Source of the DNA: Lingula anatina
Lineage: Eukaryota > Animalia > Brachiopoda
Reading direction: 5' to 3'
Length of the DNA stretch: 64,000 bases
Assembly (NCBI GenBank): GCA_051362555.1
Contig: CM120640.1
Location: 57,886,788 to 57,950,787 of the forward strand
In this document: positions 13,331 through 25,608 of the stretch, one piece after another
Numbering within the stretch: position 1 is the stretch's first letter
Layout: every line of letters begins with the position of its first letter
Translations under genes and position numbers: made by a program
Notes under the pieces: model-generated
What the model saw: only the letters and a program-made list of their open reading frames with translations
The model's database searches: none
Told to the model about the DNA's origin: nothing

Positions 13331-15049
13331 AAGGCTGTAGGCTGCGGGGGGAGGAGGCAGAGATTATTGAGTTTTTCTTTGCGGCGAAGGGAGGGAGTAT
13401 GTACCGGTATTTATGAAGTGTTAGCCTTTTCCTTTCTCACAGTCTATCAGAAATGTATCAGAAATCTCTTTCTTTTCCTACAGATACCGCCTACATGTAG
13501 GTAAGTACCACGGGTGGTATTGTAGTCCTTCAACAGATCCCCCTAGTATTTTTTTCTCAGCAAGCGACCCTGTCTATATACATTTTACAATTAAATTTCT
13601 GGTACTAATAATCAGACGCGTGTCATAATTTCGCCATACAACGCCTAAGGTAGGCCTACATGTACATCAATTCTTCATATGAAATATACCTACACTGTAT
13701 AAGTTAATCCAGCTGTGTACCAGTGCATGTAGTTGCCAGTTTTATCGAAGAAATGTAACACTATTTATGATTTCAACATTTCGATGGGAAAAAATGCTTT
13801 TAACTAATACATGAATTCAAATGGGTCATCTGAATACAATGTTCCTTTTTCGATTCGGTTACTGGAAATTAATCCGTGTATAATGCAATTTACAAAAAAA
13901 AAAATAGTAGAGGTTTATTTTCTAATTCAAAATCATGTAGGGTGCCTTTGAGGCAAAGCATAAATAAAGGGTACATGTACTTGAAGGGAAACAGGAAGGT
14001 TGAAGGTGAAAAAAACCCTCATGGACAATCATTTGAAGTCGATATACAGTAGATGCAGTATTCAGATAAAGTGAAAGATCCACCTACCTAAAATATCACA
14101 AAATGCTACTTTTGCCCCATTTTTCACTGAAAATTAGAACAAAAAAGGTCATCAAAGCGTGAAATGGTTGAAACCCCTTCCATCCTAGGACCCACCACCA
14201 TCAGTTTGGTGGGTCTTAGCCCAGAGAACAATATCCACAGACATCTATAATGGGCTTACATATTCTTATATCTCTGATCTTGCCCAAAAAAAGGAGGAAA
14301 TAAGAATTCTAAAATGAACAGTTGTTGTCTTTTTAAGTTCTATCAAATTATTTACGTAGTGCACAATATAATAACTAGTGGCACCTGTTAGTACGCCTAT
14401 TATACACCTTAACTCAGTTTTGTATAATAGACAGCCTAAGCTATTTCTTTTCTGTCGGGGAATACAGTATATAGCTTCGAAGCTTTTATTAAAATTTCAC
14501 TTGTAACCCACTTGAATTAAAATTCATTGTATAGTATTGTACTGTACTGTCTTGTAATTTAATTAAGAACTATTTTTGGACTACTTCTTCTTAAAGGTGG
14601 CAGCATGTGATAATCCTAGCTAATAGGATATAAAAACTGCGCATGCGCCACGCAGATTAAACTAAAAAAAAACAACAGCAAAAACAACCTCTGCTCACGA
14701 GAGTTCTACATGAGCTGCATAATAAAGAGTGGAAATCGGTTGTAGGCAGCTACACAGTTGGCAAAATAAACTGTCAAAATAAAAAACTGACACGTACGGT
14801 TTAGACGGACACAGTTTCTTTGTTTATTCTTACATGAAGAGGACTCAACCCACTGACAACAGTGGTAATCGACCCGACAGACTCTACCTGTCCCTAAAGT
14901 ACATGTAAGTGAGCATATACCTACTTACCAAACACCTCGACACACCCCCTTCCGATACCTCTTGCTCCACCAGTCACTAGTACCACCTTATCCTTGTACC
15001 GTAACCCGTGGTTCGATATCTCATCTTCGACGAAATTCTTATTTGCCAT
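11230..15049 (-). CDS. HSD17B14: Classical short-chain dehydrogenase/reductase, HSD17B14 (DHRS10)-like, 282 aa
   Basis: Nine exons: 15049-14929, 14126-14088, 13256-13165, 13025-12959, 12811-12720, 12434-12330, 12074-12007, 11728-11632, 11397-11230 (849 nt, phases consistent). Motifs [33 protein letters not shown] (YxxxK), GVRVN-ISP, and the HSD17B14-like tail [11 protein letters not shown]...[18 protein letters not shown]. Confidence 0.9.
13296..13329. repeat. (GT)n microsatellite
   Basis: Perfect run in an HSD17B14 intron; similar runs at ~4969-4997, 15705-15743 and 31634-31718. Confidence 0.95.
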
Positions 15050-15700
15050 GGTATAATGTTTGCGTATTATCAAAGCACCACCGGTAAGCGTGCTGTGTCC
15101 TCAGGAGACCTTGAATAACCTAGTTTTAATTTCATTGGTTAAGGGTTTCCTCGAAGCACAAAAAGAATAATTCCACCAGGATCACAGCTTTATTAGAGAT
15201 TCGCAGATATTTCTCTGGATATTCTGTGCACGTTTCTGTAGGTCTACTCCGAGAATTTTGCAAAAAATAGAGTTAAATGACGTCATCAACAAGGTGTCAG
15301 ACATTTGTATTAATGCAGCATACGCCGTGGCGCTAAATACGAAATCCATAGTTCATTTTTTCATATTTTCTTTTTACATAGCATATAATAACGATTTACC
15401 AAAAAATGCGTGTAACCTGTCACCCGACCCAAGACATAAAGAAATGTAGGCCTACGCCCTGAGAGTATTTTCTAGTCGGAGTGATGGAAATTAAGTCTTA
15501 AAAATACTGAAGACGCCAGTAAAATCCGATGGTTTTCACTACAGATTCCCATTATTTTTCCGTACATTATTTTGTGATGAGTTTTTGTATTCTCATGGAT
15601 CCTTCTTCCTGCTGCTACCTTTCAACGGGATTACAGCTTTTGCTTAAGGCCAGAATGATTTAAACAAAAGGTGACAGAGCACACTGCTTTTGAGGATTTT

Positions 15701-15747
<47 letters not shown>

Positions 15748-15833
15748 TACCGTTTCTAATTGTTTGACATACTTCCATAAATGGAAACAAGATTTCATAC
15801 AGAATAGAGTTATGGGGATTAATTATTTTTTTA

Positions 15834-16373
15834 TTAAACATAAAAGACAAAGAAAGAAAGAGAACAATATACAATATAAAGAGGGGGCACAGAGATAATA
15901 TATAGATATTCTATGGACTCCATATTCATTCCTCTTCTTTTACATATATATTCTTTAATGACTTGGCATATACCATGATATATAAGATAATCTGTATTTT
16001 GCAAGTTGTATTTTCTATTAAATTCAGGCAGATCTGAAAAATCTCCATCTTTGACTATTATATCACCAATTACCTTTATACATGTACCTTTTTCATACCA
16101 TCCCTTATTTAACACAGTTTTACCTCCAATTATACCAAAGAGGTTGAGTCAGTAATCCCTTATCTTCTAAAAAATAATGCTTGTTACACATTCCCATGCT
16201 TTTAAAACATCATTCCAAAAATCATTATCGCCTTTGTTTATTACTTCCTTGGGGAAAGCATCTCCAAACTATAAGGCACTTGGTAGCGTGTACTCCATAC
16301 ACAATTTAAATATTGATGGCCAAGCATCGCTTTTACTTTTGATTAATCTTCTTATCCATGTACATTTCAGTGC
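15834..16373 (-). mobile_element. Degenerate L1/Tx1-clade LINE ORF2 fragment (region C-terminal to the RT domain)
   Basis: The minus strand reads ALKCTWIRRLI...FWNDVLKAW...QPLWYN...WYEKG...VIGDII...GDF..LPEFNRKYNL...YLIYHGICQVIK, with stops and frameshifts. This motif order is typical of invertebrate Tx1/L1 ORF2. Confidence 0.65.
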
Positions 16374-16920
16374 TTAATAATAAATATATTAAACGGAAAA
16401 CACAAATAGGCCTAACAGCAAAACGTGCGTGGTGACAGCATTCATAAAGTCTGCGTGAGATGCACTCAAGGTGGCACAGACTAACAAAAAGTGAACTATG
16501 GATACCATATAAAACGCTATTCAGTAATAACCCTGACTGCTATGATTAACGGCAAGCCAACACAGAGGATACACTCAAAGTCCAATACCCCAAGAACCGA
16601 CATATTTATTTATTTATTTATTTATTTTTGGGGGAGGGGGGGGGGGTAAATACGTATTTGTGTACATGTAGCTAAATTTATCCGTGTGCAATAATAAAAT
16701 TATAATATAACATATGAAATATAACACAACATACCATATTATCATAGCAACATAAACCACAAACTACACACATTAGACCAAATGGACAACGTGTTAACAC
16801 ATTACAATATTACTTGAAGGTTAAATCAACGAAATGGAGAAGAAAAACCAATTTCATATGTAACCTCTTCGACGACTTGATGTCATTCACAGTCTTGCTA
16901 ATCCTTTCAACCAGATATAT

Positions 16921-17085
16921 GTAGAAGAACTTCGAAAGAAGCAATCAAAGTCTATACGGGACAATTTGATCTTCGGCGGACTTCCTGAACATCAAAATGA
17001 AAATTCCGAACGAGATGACATAGACTTCTATTTGCAAGAGTCTGAACGAGAAAATGTGGTTGAAATTACGGTACAGATTATGTAG
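16921..17085 (+). mobile_element. LINE ORF1-like relic
   Basis: Translates VEELRKKQSKSIRDNLIFGGLPEHQNENSE, resembling the QxRSxRDNLIFxGxPE coiled-coil/RRM junction of LINE ORF1 proteins. Short and terminated by a stop. Confidence 0.5.
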
Positions 17086-17283
17086 AATAAGTACATACAT
17101 GTATATTTGTAAATGTCGAGGCCAAGACTTTTAATACTGGTAGAAGAATTTTCAATAAACCATAATCTGGTCCGAGCTCATTCGTTATTTAGATTTCCCG
17201 CATTTAATAAGCAGATCACACCACTTATCAATTAGGTCGTTAGACTTCATCGTTGAACTTTGGTCAAGATTATCCCAACATCC

Positions 17284-19428
17284 ATGGCTGGCGCTGTAGA
17301 AGTTCCCGGCAAGATGCTTGCTCTCATGAAGAGAGAGGCCGGGGAGTCGTTCAAAATTGAGACTATTCCCGTGCCAAACCCTCAGGGAGACGAAGTCTTA
17401 ATCAAAGTGGACGCAAACGCAATTTGCGGCTCTGATATCAATTTGTACAGGTGGAACGAGATCGCCAGGGTGATCGCAGCCCTGCCCTTCACCCCTGGCC
17501 ACGAGACAACGGGTACTGTGGTTAGATGCGGCCCAGAGGCTACGATTAAAGAGGGCCAGAGGGTGTGCGTGGAAAATCATTATTTCTGTGGAAAATGTTA
17601 TCAGTGCGAACACCAGAATTTTTCGATTTGTCGGAATATGAACCAGTATGGCCACGGGAAGGGGACTCCACACGGGGGCTGCTCTGAGTACAGCATTGTG
17701 CCTTCTAAATACTGTTATCAGTTAAAGACAAACATCAGTGAGTATAATGTTTACAAGAGGTCAGGGTCGAACGGAAGTCCCGGACTTTGATTTAGTGGGA
17801 ATTTTGAAAGTTGACTATTATGTCCAGAAATAATACTGTCTTGCTTCGGATATACATCATTGGCGGATTTAAAATCCTGGATCCGCCCCTGTACATTATT
17901 TGTTTTTTTAGATAGCTCCAGAAAAAAGTATAATAAGTTTGAATGAGAAAGAAAACTTAAAATATAATTTCAGAAAAAATGTAAAGACAGCATTGATGTT
18001 AATGTTCCTTTTAACCGGACTTCCGTATAAGGAATCTGAAAAATATTTTTTTCAAAAAACGTTATTTGTTTTTTATCTAGGTGAAACAATTATGCCTCTC
18101 GATGGAATATGTTGACTGGAGAAATGACCGTTCATATAAATACATGTTTGAGCATATCAGAACATCAATATCTGAAGTTTCATGTTCAAGAATGTGTAAT
18201 TTAATTTTGTATTTATATACAGGAGTGGGGTGAAACGAGCTCCACTGTCCAAGTTTCAGAAAACGTTTTGTTTGAAAATATTGCCTTGAATTTGACTTGA
18301 ATAACTTATCGGTAGCTAGGGTTTAGAAGAACATGGTCAGTTACCACAAGTATGTTTATTGTTAGGTCCGGCCGAGGCAGCTTGTCTTGAACCAATGGGC
18401 GTGGCACATAATGCCATAGAGAGGTTGGAGGTTGAAGACGAAGATGTTTTGGTCATCGGTTGCGGTCCAATAGGCGTATTGGTTATAGCTGTAGCTAAAG
18501 CCATGGGGGCAAGAAGGTGATTTCTCATTTCTCAAATTGAATAACCATCAAATGAAAGTTTTTGTGCACATGTTATTTACCTGCTTTTGTTTATATTTCT
18601 TTATCCTTTTACAAAGTATTTTACTGTCCTTCTTGTTTGTAAGAGCATATATTTAATTCAGTGTTATTTTAATTAATTTTTTTTCAAAACAATATTTGAT
18701 GTTTCAGGGTGTTTGGTGCCGATATAAATCCCCGTCAACTTGACCTAGCAAAACAAATGGGAGCTGATGACGTCATAAATACTTCAGAACATAATTTACG
18801 GGACGTCATCATGGAAAAAACTAACGGTAACGGTATAGGAAGAATATGTGAATGCAGCGGTGCTCCTCCCGCAGTGAACACGCTCTGGACCTCTCTTAGG
18901 AAGGGTGGAAATGTGGTACTAATAGGACTGCCGAAACAACCTATCCATATCGAGGACCCCCTGACCAATGTTGGTAGGTTAACAGTTACTTTTAGGGTTT
19001 TTCTTGCTCTCGATCCTGTATATGGTCATAGAAGTTCATTACCGGATTATAACTTCTGTATAGATGTTACTCGATTAAGTACCTACAAGGCAATCTGACG
19101 GAATCGAGAATGAACATCATTCTCCTCTTTAACTGTTAATTAAAACTACTCAGCTAAAGCACGTTATATAATCTTATGCCTTAACGCATTCCCCAATGTC
19201 GCCATATTGTAATTGAGACCAGATTAAGTTTTCAGAATTCTTTTTGTCCCTTTAGTTTTTACTTGCATAGAGATTATTTGTAAGCAAATTACTACAGACA
19301 GTTTTCTACATATTTCAGTTTTTGGTTTAAATCTAAAATCTTATAAGCCATGGAAACTTGGCCGGTTTGCATTAGTTTCAGTTTTGTTATCATGTTCTTG
19401 TAATTAGGAGAAAAGTTTAGTCAAACGC

Positions 19429-19472
<44 letters not shown>

Positions 19473-19697
19473 GTTTTTTCTATAGTCTTCAAAGCCGTCC
19501 AGATCAGGACTGTCCATGGGCGGTCTTTTAATGACTTTCGTCATACTTGGGAGGAGTGTGAGCGCCTAGTAGCAGAGGGAAAGGTTAAGCTACGTGACGT
19601 CATCACGCACGAGTTTCCTATGTCCAAATTCGAAGATGCATTTCAGACCCTGTTCAGTGGAAAAGCTTGCAAGATTGTTATTTACCCTCAGCAGTGA
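17284..19697 (+). CDS. tdh: Zinc-dependent MDR-family L-threonine 3-dehydrogenase-like protein (bacterial/archaeal Tdh type), copy A, 360 aa
   Basis: Exons 17284-17737, 18366-18516, 18708-18973, 19486-19697 (1083 nt). Catalytic Zn ligands ICGSD and GHE; structural Zn ENHYFCGKCYQC...IC; LEPMG; Rossmann IGCGPIG plus NAD-type Asp (GADIN); ECSGAPPA; VFKAVQIRTVHGR; VITHEFP...SGKACKIVI. Collinear with recalled E. coli Tdh. Substrate inferred from similarity only. Confidence 0.85.
19429..19472. repeat. (ATT)n microsatellite just upstream of the acceptor of tdh-A exon 4
   Basis: Perfect trinucleotide run. Confidence 0.95.
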
Positions 19698-21406
19698 AAA
19701 TAATTTAAAAATGTAGTTTTGAAAGGAAAGGATTGGGGATAGAAAATGAAGAGTTTTGTTAATTTGTGCTTTGTACATGAAACATTTTATTATTATTATT
19801 GTTATTGTCTTAGGGTTTCAATATTTTGTCTTTTGTAAAATGTCTTTGTGCAGGTAATTAAAGTTTTATATCTTTTTAGACCAGTTTGTACCTACTAGGG
19901 ATGAAAAGAGGAAAAAGTAGAAGCAGTTTAACGGTGTACAATATTAATTATGAAAAGCTGAATAAGATATTTAATATTGATGTTTTTATAGTATAACGCG
20001 AATTACACTCTTCTATACAATGCGTTACATAAAGTAGAAATTAAATTTATGAATTTGTATTAATTCAACATTAATCAGGCAAGTTAATGATGGTGTACAT
20101 AAACAACCTAATAGTACCATTTAAATGAACTTTCAATTTTAGTTAATTTTTATTAAGATACTGGTTTGTACTTTTCTCTTATGATTGTGATCAAAAGTTT
20201 TTATGATACCATACATACGTTTTGGCTGGACATCTTTGAAATTAACGGCGTTATGAAAGTAATAAATGCGAAATGTTACATTTTACGTGAAATTACATTC
20301 TATATGAATATCAAAAGATATTATGCACAATAAATACATATAGTTGATTGATTTTACTTAATGCTCTTGAAGAACATCAGCGCAGTATTACATTATAAAA
20401 CGTTTGGCTGTTCGTTTTGTATACCGAGTTCTTCAGCTTGTTGGTTACGATTTTGTGCCAAGTTAAAGCTTTCTTTATTGGAGGGAGAACATCAAATGAA
20501 AAAAAGATAAATACGTAAATGAAGAAATGGATTAAATGAAATAAAGTAGAGGGAATTTTAAATAAGATAAAAAAAGAACGAAAACCTTAATTTTGATTGA
20601 TGACACAACTGCCACGCGGAAACTGCTGCGTTCACGGTGAACAGGAATGCCACGCAGGTTGTATCGGTTATATATTTATTTATGCACAGATTTTCTGTCA
20701 CACACGTTCATAACTAATTGTATAGGCTTAAGAGTCAAGAGGGCTAGGGGTTTGGTTCTCCCACTTTTTCACCCACGTCAATCATAATCGCAGGAATAAG
20801 AAATGCATTTAGAGTGGGGCCCTACCCGTTTCTTTAAACCAATATTACATTTGCTGCGTAATTTTAGAATATCACGTCGCTGACCCAGCTGCATCGATGT
20901 CAAATCGCCAAAAAATAGTTTTTGGGGTCAACAAAAAACAATTTTTCAAACTTTGATGGTGATATTTACACTTTCAGTCCTTGTTTATTTTTTTTAAAAT
21001 CCTACATAATCAAAAATATGTTTGGCTTATTTATATTGTACAATTTTGATCAACATCCACATGAATCCTAGAATCTGTGTTAGGTATGATAAACATTGTC
21101 ATCACACGATAGCTTGAATAGTTTTCCACTCTAAAACGCCTACTGAATGCATTTCTTTGTCCATTTTGTCTAGGGCACAAAAGACAGTGTGTAAAAAACG
21201 TATATAAAAATTTAAAAAAAGCAGTTTGTATAACAGGTTACTCCATTCATTGCCAATGCACCGTGATGTTTAGTGTCAGTCTGATGTTACCCGCATACAG
21301 TTAAAGCCCACCTTCCCTTTCTTAGAATAATAGAAATGAAAATTAATATATAAATAGTAGATGATATGTGAAGTTCGCATCTAGTACCTGTAGTAACATA
21401 AACAAG

Positions 21407-24400
21407 ATGCTTGCACTTTTAAAGAGAAAGCCTGAGGAATCATTTCATCTGGAGACCATTCCAATTCCAGATCCAAAGGAAGATGAGGTTTTGATCAAGG
21501 TGGATGCCACCGGTATTTGCGGTTCTGATATCAATTTGTACAGGTGGAACGACATCGCTAGGGTGATCGCAGCCCTGCCCTTCATCCCTGGCCACGAGAC
21601 AACGGGTACCGTGGTTAGATGCGGTCCAGAGGCGATGATTAAAGAGGGCCAGAGGGTGTGCGTGGAAAATCATTATTTCTGTGGAAAATGTTACCAGTGC
21701 AAACACCAGAATTTTTCGATTTGTCAAAATATGAACCAATATGGCCACGGGAAGGGGACTCCACACGGGGGCTGCTCTGAGTACAGCATTGTGCCTTCTA
21801 AATACTGTTATCAGTTAAAGACAGATATCAGTGAGTACATATATGTTCTAATGGCGAATATAATTTATGTATGAATTATCTATACTGAGTGATCCATCCC
21901 CATTGCTTTCATGTGCTTTCCATTGCATCGAAATGAATAGTTAATGGCATATCTAACCCGAACAAAGCTGCTCCAAAAATACTGACCGAAAATCCATGCC
22001 AAAATTGAAAATCCGTTTTTGAATTGACAACGAATTAAATCAATGTACTACATGTAATATATCCTTTGGATTTTGGTCCTCCCAACACAACGAAGGATGT
22101 TTATTTTTGGTCTGTAAATAAAGATTTTTCAAAAAGGCCTTCACAAATTTTATATGATATATTCTTTAGGATAGTACTTTAGCTGTAAAAGAAATGACTA
22201 CAATTTCAACTGAATCCGGGTCTCCTAAAATTTTGTTTGTAAAGTTTCTATATAATAGGCTACTATATATACCAAGTACATGTATATATAAACTAGAGTA
22301 CGTTCAAAGAACACAAACTTCTGCTTCCTCTTATGTAAACCTAATAGGTTTGTGGCTATTAACATACCATATTTTTCATAAATTGAATTTTTGTCACCAT
22401 TTTATAAATTGTTTTGGTGTTGCAACAGTTAGACATAATTACAATATATCTATGTACAGTGTATAGCTACAAATACTTGGATATTCTAGGTCCTGTCGAG
22501 GCAGCTTGTCTTGAACCAATGGGCGTAGCACATAATGCAATGGAGAGACTGGAGGTTGAAGATGAAGACGTTTTGGTCATTGGTTGCGGACCCATCGGTA
22601 ATCTAGCCATAGCTTTGGCCAAAACGATGGGTGCTAAAAGGTGTGGTTAATACAGTGACTTATGTCGTCGTATAGTACATTTGTTGTTTTGCAGGTCATA
22701 TGTTGTCAGACAATTAAACTATTTTTTGCTTGTCTTTAATGTGGCGTGCTAGTGAACTCGCAACAATTTTCAAATATAATTTTAACTAAAACAATCACCT
22801 ACAAACCAAAGAAATATCGTATGTATAATTCCCAACACCAGTAAGAAATGAACTCCGCAGAGAAGAAACAAAAGTTAACCTGAATTGTCGAACGAAAGAG
22901 AGTTTGGTATACATGTATATGGTACTCATAGGACAATTCTGTATACATTTTATTACAGTACATTGCTGGTCTATGTTTTTGATTAGCATAAATGCTTATA
23001 CTTTAATGACTTTTCAACAATTTTGATTTTGCAGGGTTTTTGGTGCAGACATAAAGCCACAACGTCTTCAATTGGCGAAACAGATGGGTGCAGACGACAT
23101 AGTTAACTCTTCAGAGCAGGATTTGCATGACGTCATTATGAAGAAAACTGAAGGCAATGGGATCGGAAGAATATGTGAATGTAGCGGTGCCCCCGAAGTT
23201 GTAAACGCGATGTGGACTTTTCTTAGGAAAGCTGGGAAGGTCGTTCTTGTGGCAATACCGAAGGAACAAATTCTAATTAAGGAGCCACTCACCAATATCA
23301 GTAAGAGCTATTTTTGTTTATATTACGCATAGAAATTTTAACACTTGGTATTTTGGCATTTTTATTTGAAAACTCATAATTATATTTACTTTAGGCACCC
23401 TCCCTGACGTCACGAATAAAATTATAAATGATAAGTAGGCCTAAGTTAGGCGTGCAGACAAAATCGTCAGTCACACAAAATATGAGACTATCCAGGCAAG
23501 CCCACATTTCGGAGTTGTATGCGTGTTTTACATGACATCTAGAACGTGTTTGATGGGTCCTCGATGTACCAAAAAAGGTCATTATTTTCGAGCCTTTGAA
23601 GGCTTTATTTGATTACATGGTAAGATAAGTGTTGAGTAAATTCATGTCTTATTTTGCACTGCTGTCATTTTTAAATATATTTTCAATCAAAGTAGCATAC
23701 ATACAAAAAATTAGAATTCACACCTTAAGCAAGTACAGGGTGACCCCCCCCCCCCCCCCAAAAAAAAAAAAAAAAAAAAAAAAAGAATCCATACAAATTT
23801 TACTAAATCCTACAAAAGTCCATCAAATTTTAAGTTCACCAATCATTTGAGGGTTGTTCTGGAGCACTTTATACCCTTTATACTTTATACCCCCACTTTA
23901 TACCCCTACATAAAAAATCTGGGGGGTTCAAGTCCGGTGAATGCCGTGCTCACTCAATATCACACTTCCTGCTGATCAGTCTCTCCTAAAATCGCCATGT
24001 GGCAGTGCTGAGGAAGTTTTGGACATCACTGGAACGATTCAGAGGGATAGTTCAAGATGGGCTGTGGTTCCAGCAAGACAGGGCCAACCCCGCACATCAA
24101 TGACTCCCTAGCCTAAATAAAAGAGCGATCTGAGGAGTGACTGATCAGCAGAAAATGTGACGTTGAGTGACCACTGCATTCACCGGACTTGAACCTGTCT
24201 AGATTTTTATCTGTGGGGGTATCTCAAAGATAATATGTACCAAAACAACTCTCAAATGATTGGTGAACTGTGAGGAGAATCACAGCAAAATTCAGGAAAA
24301 TCTCCAGGGAGGAATGTGTTTGAAATTTTTTCACGACATTTGCAAGTGTACATCCAATGCCTCGGAGGCCATTTGGAGCATATTTTTAAAAAAGAACATA

Positions 24401-24812
24401 ACTTTTATGCAAAGCGACCAAGATAACTGAAACTTTGGGGAAAGATCATAAACATACAGAAGTTTAAGTTCAGCAAATTTCGAAATTCGATGGACCTTTG
24501 TTGGGTTTAATAAATTTTTTTTTATTTATTTTTTTTTTTGGGGGGGGGCACCCTGTACGTAGTTATTGTAAATACAGTAATAGAGAAAACATTTTTTTTC
24601 AAGTTTTGAAGGCAATCGAAATCAAGACAATTCATGGTCGATCGTTCAATTTCTATCATACTTGGCATGAGTGCGAGCGCTTGGTGGCAGAGGGGAAGGT
24701 CAAGCTACGTGACGTCATCACTCACGAGTTTCCTATGTCCAAATTTGAAGACGCATTTGACTATCTGAAAAGAGAAGAAGCATGCAAGATTGTGATCTAC
24801 CCTGGAAAGTAG
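21407..24812 (+). CDS. tdh: Zinc-dependent MDR-family threonine dehydrogenase-like protein, copy B (tandem paralog), ~349 aa
   Basis: Exons 21407-21830, 22490-22640, 23035-23300, 24604-24812. Intron positions and phases are identical to copy A (exon 2 = 151 nt and exon 3 = 266 nt in both). All Zn ligands are intact. A possible acceptor at 21393 leaves the true start uncertain. Confidence 0.85.
23736..24555. mobile_element. Tc1/mariner (rosa/DD41D-like) derived fold-back element in tdh-B intron 3
   Basis: TA-CAGGGTG(A)CCCC..AAAA ... TTTT..GGGGCACCCTG-TA: TIRs with a TA TSD. Degenerate transposase C-terminus at ~24060-24270: WFQQD...LISRKCDVE*PLHSPDLN...DFYLWGYLKDNMYQN. Confidence 0.85.
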
Positions 24813-25001
24813 AGCTTTTCAAGTTGTGTTTCGAGGCCCGTTTTCCTTTTTTGAGAGACAAAATCTGTAGTTTTATGCTTCAGCTAGATGTTTATGGATA
24901 ATTTCAAGAAAAACCTTGTGATATGATCTTGGGTAATTTTTGGCATATGAAACTACTGTGTTTTACTTGAATGTACGAATGTGTAGGTTTATTGCTTAAA
25001 A

Positions 25002-25081
25002 ATTATATTATATTATATTATATTATATTATATTATATTATATTATATTATATTATATTATATTATATTATATTATATTAT
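25002..25081. repeat. (TATAT)n pentanucleotide microsatellite
   Basis: Perfect run downstream of tdh-B. Confidence 0.95.
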
Positions 25082-25547
25082 CGATGTACTGCACTTCCGT
25101 ACATTATTTTACTGTGAGCGCTGCTTGATGGTTTGTGTTTTGTTGTTTGATATAACGTTAACTTTTGAGTGGACATTTGTAATCTGTAAAATTTTCTGTT
25201 ACGGTTTAAGTAAATCAAATTTGCATTTATTCCGCTAGGATTTCGCTTGTTGATGCCACTGTAATAACGAAGAAAACAACTTTACTTTGTTAGCAGCAAC
25301 AACCTTACAAATGTTTCTATCAAGTTTCCCCCTAAGATGCCCGCTTGCAATATAACAAAGGTTGGAATATAAGGTAGAAAAACAAAACAAAAGAAAAACA
25401 TAATCAGATACTATTTTACAAAAGTAAACGAGACCAAAGCTATTTTAAAACTAGATAGGGGTGAAGAAGAGGTTTCACAAATAGTGGAGAAGGAGAAATT
25501 TCATAATATGTTAAAATATGATATACTACATTTTGTCTCCCTTAACA

Positions 25548-25551
<4 letters not shown>

Positions 25552-25607
<56 letters not shown>
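25552..25607. repeat. (TA)n microsatellite
   Basis: Perfect run; another at 50791-50837 just after the CASP stop. Confidence 0.95.

Positions 25608-25608
<1 letters not shown>

Noticed and set aside
17398-21766. Similar minus-strand ORFs MWSPLPVAILVHI... at 17398-17673 and 21440-21766
   Set aside because: Antisense shadows of the near-identical tdh exon-1 tracts.
17260-24812. Bacterial contamination or chimeric assembly as the source of the tdh genes
   Set aside because: Both copies have three GT-AG introns at identical positions, contain eukaryotic TEs or microsatellites, and are contiguous with clearly animal genes.
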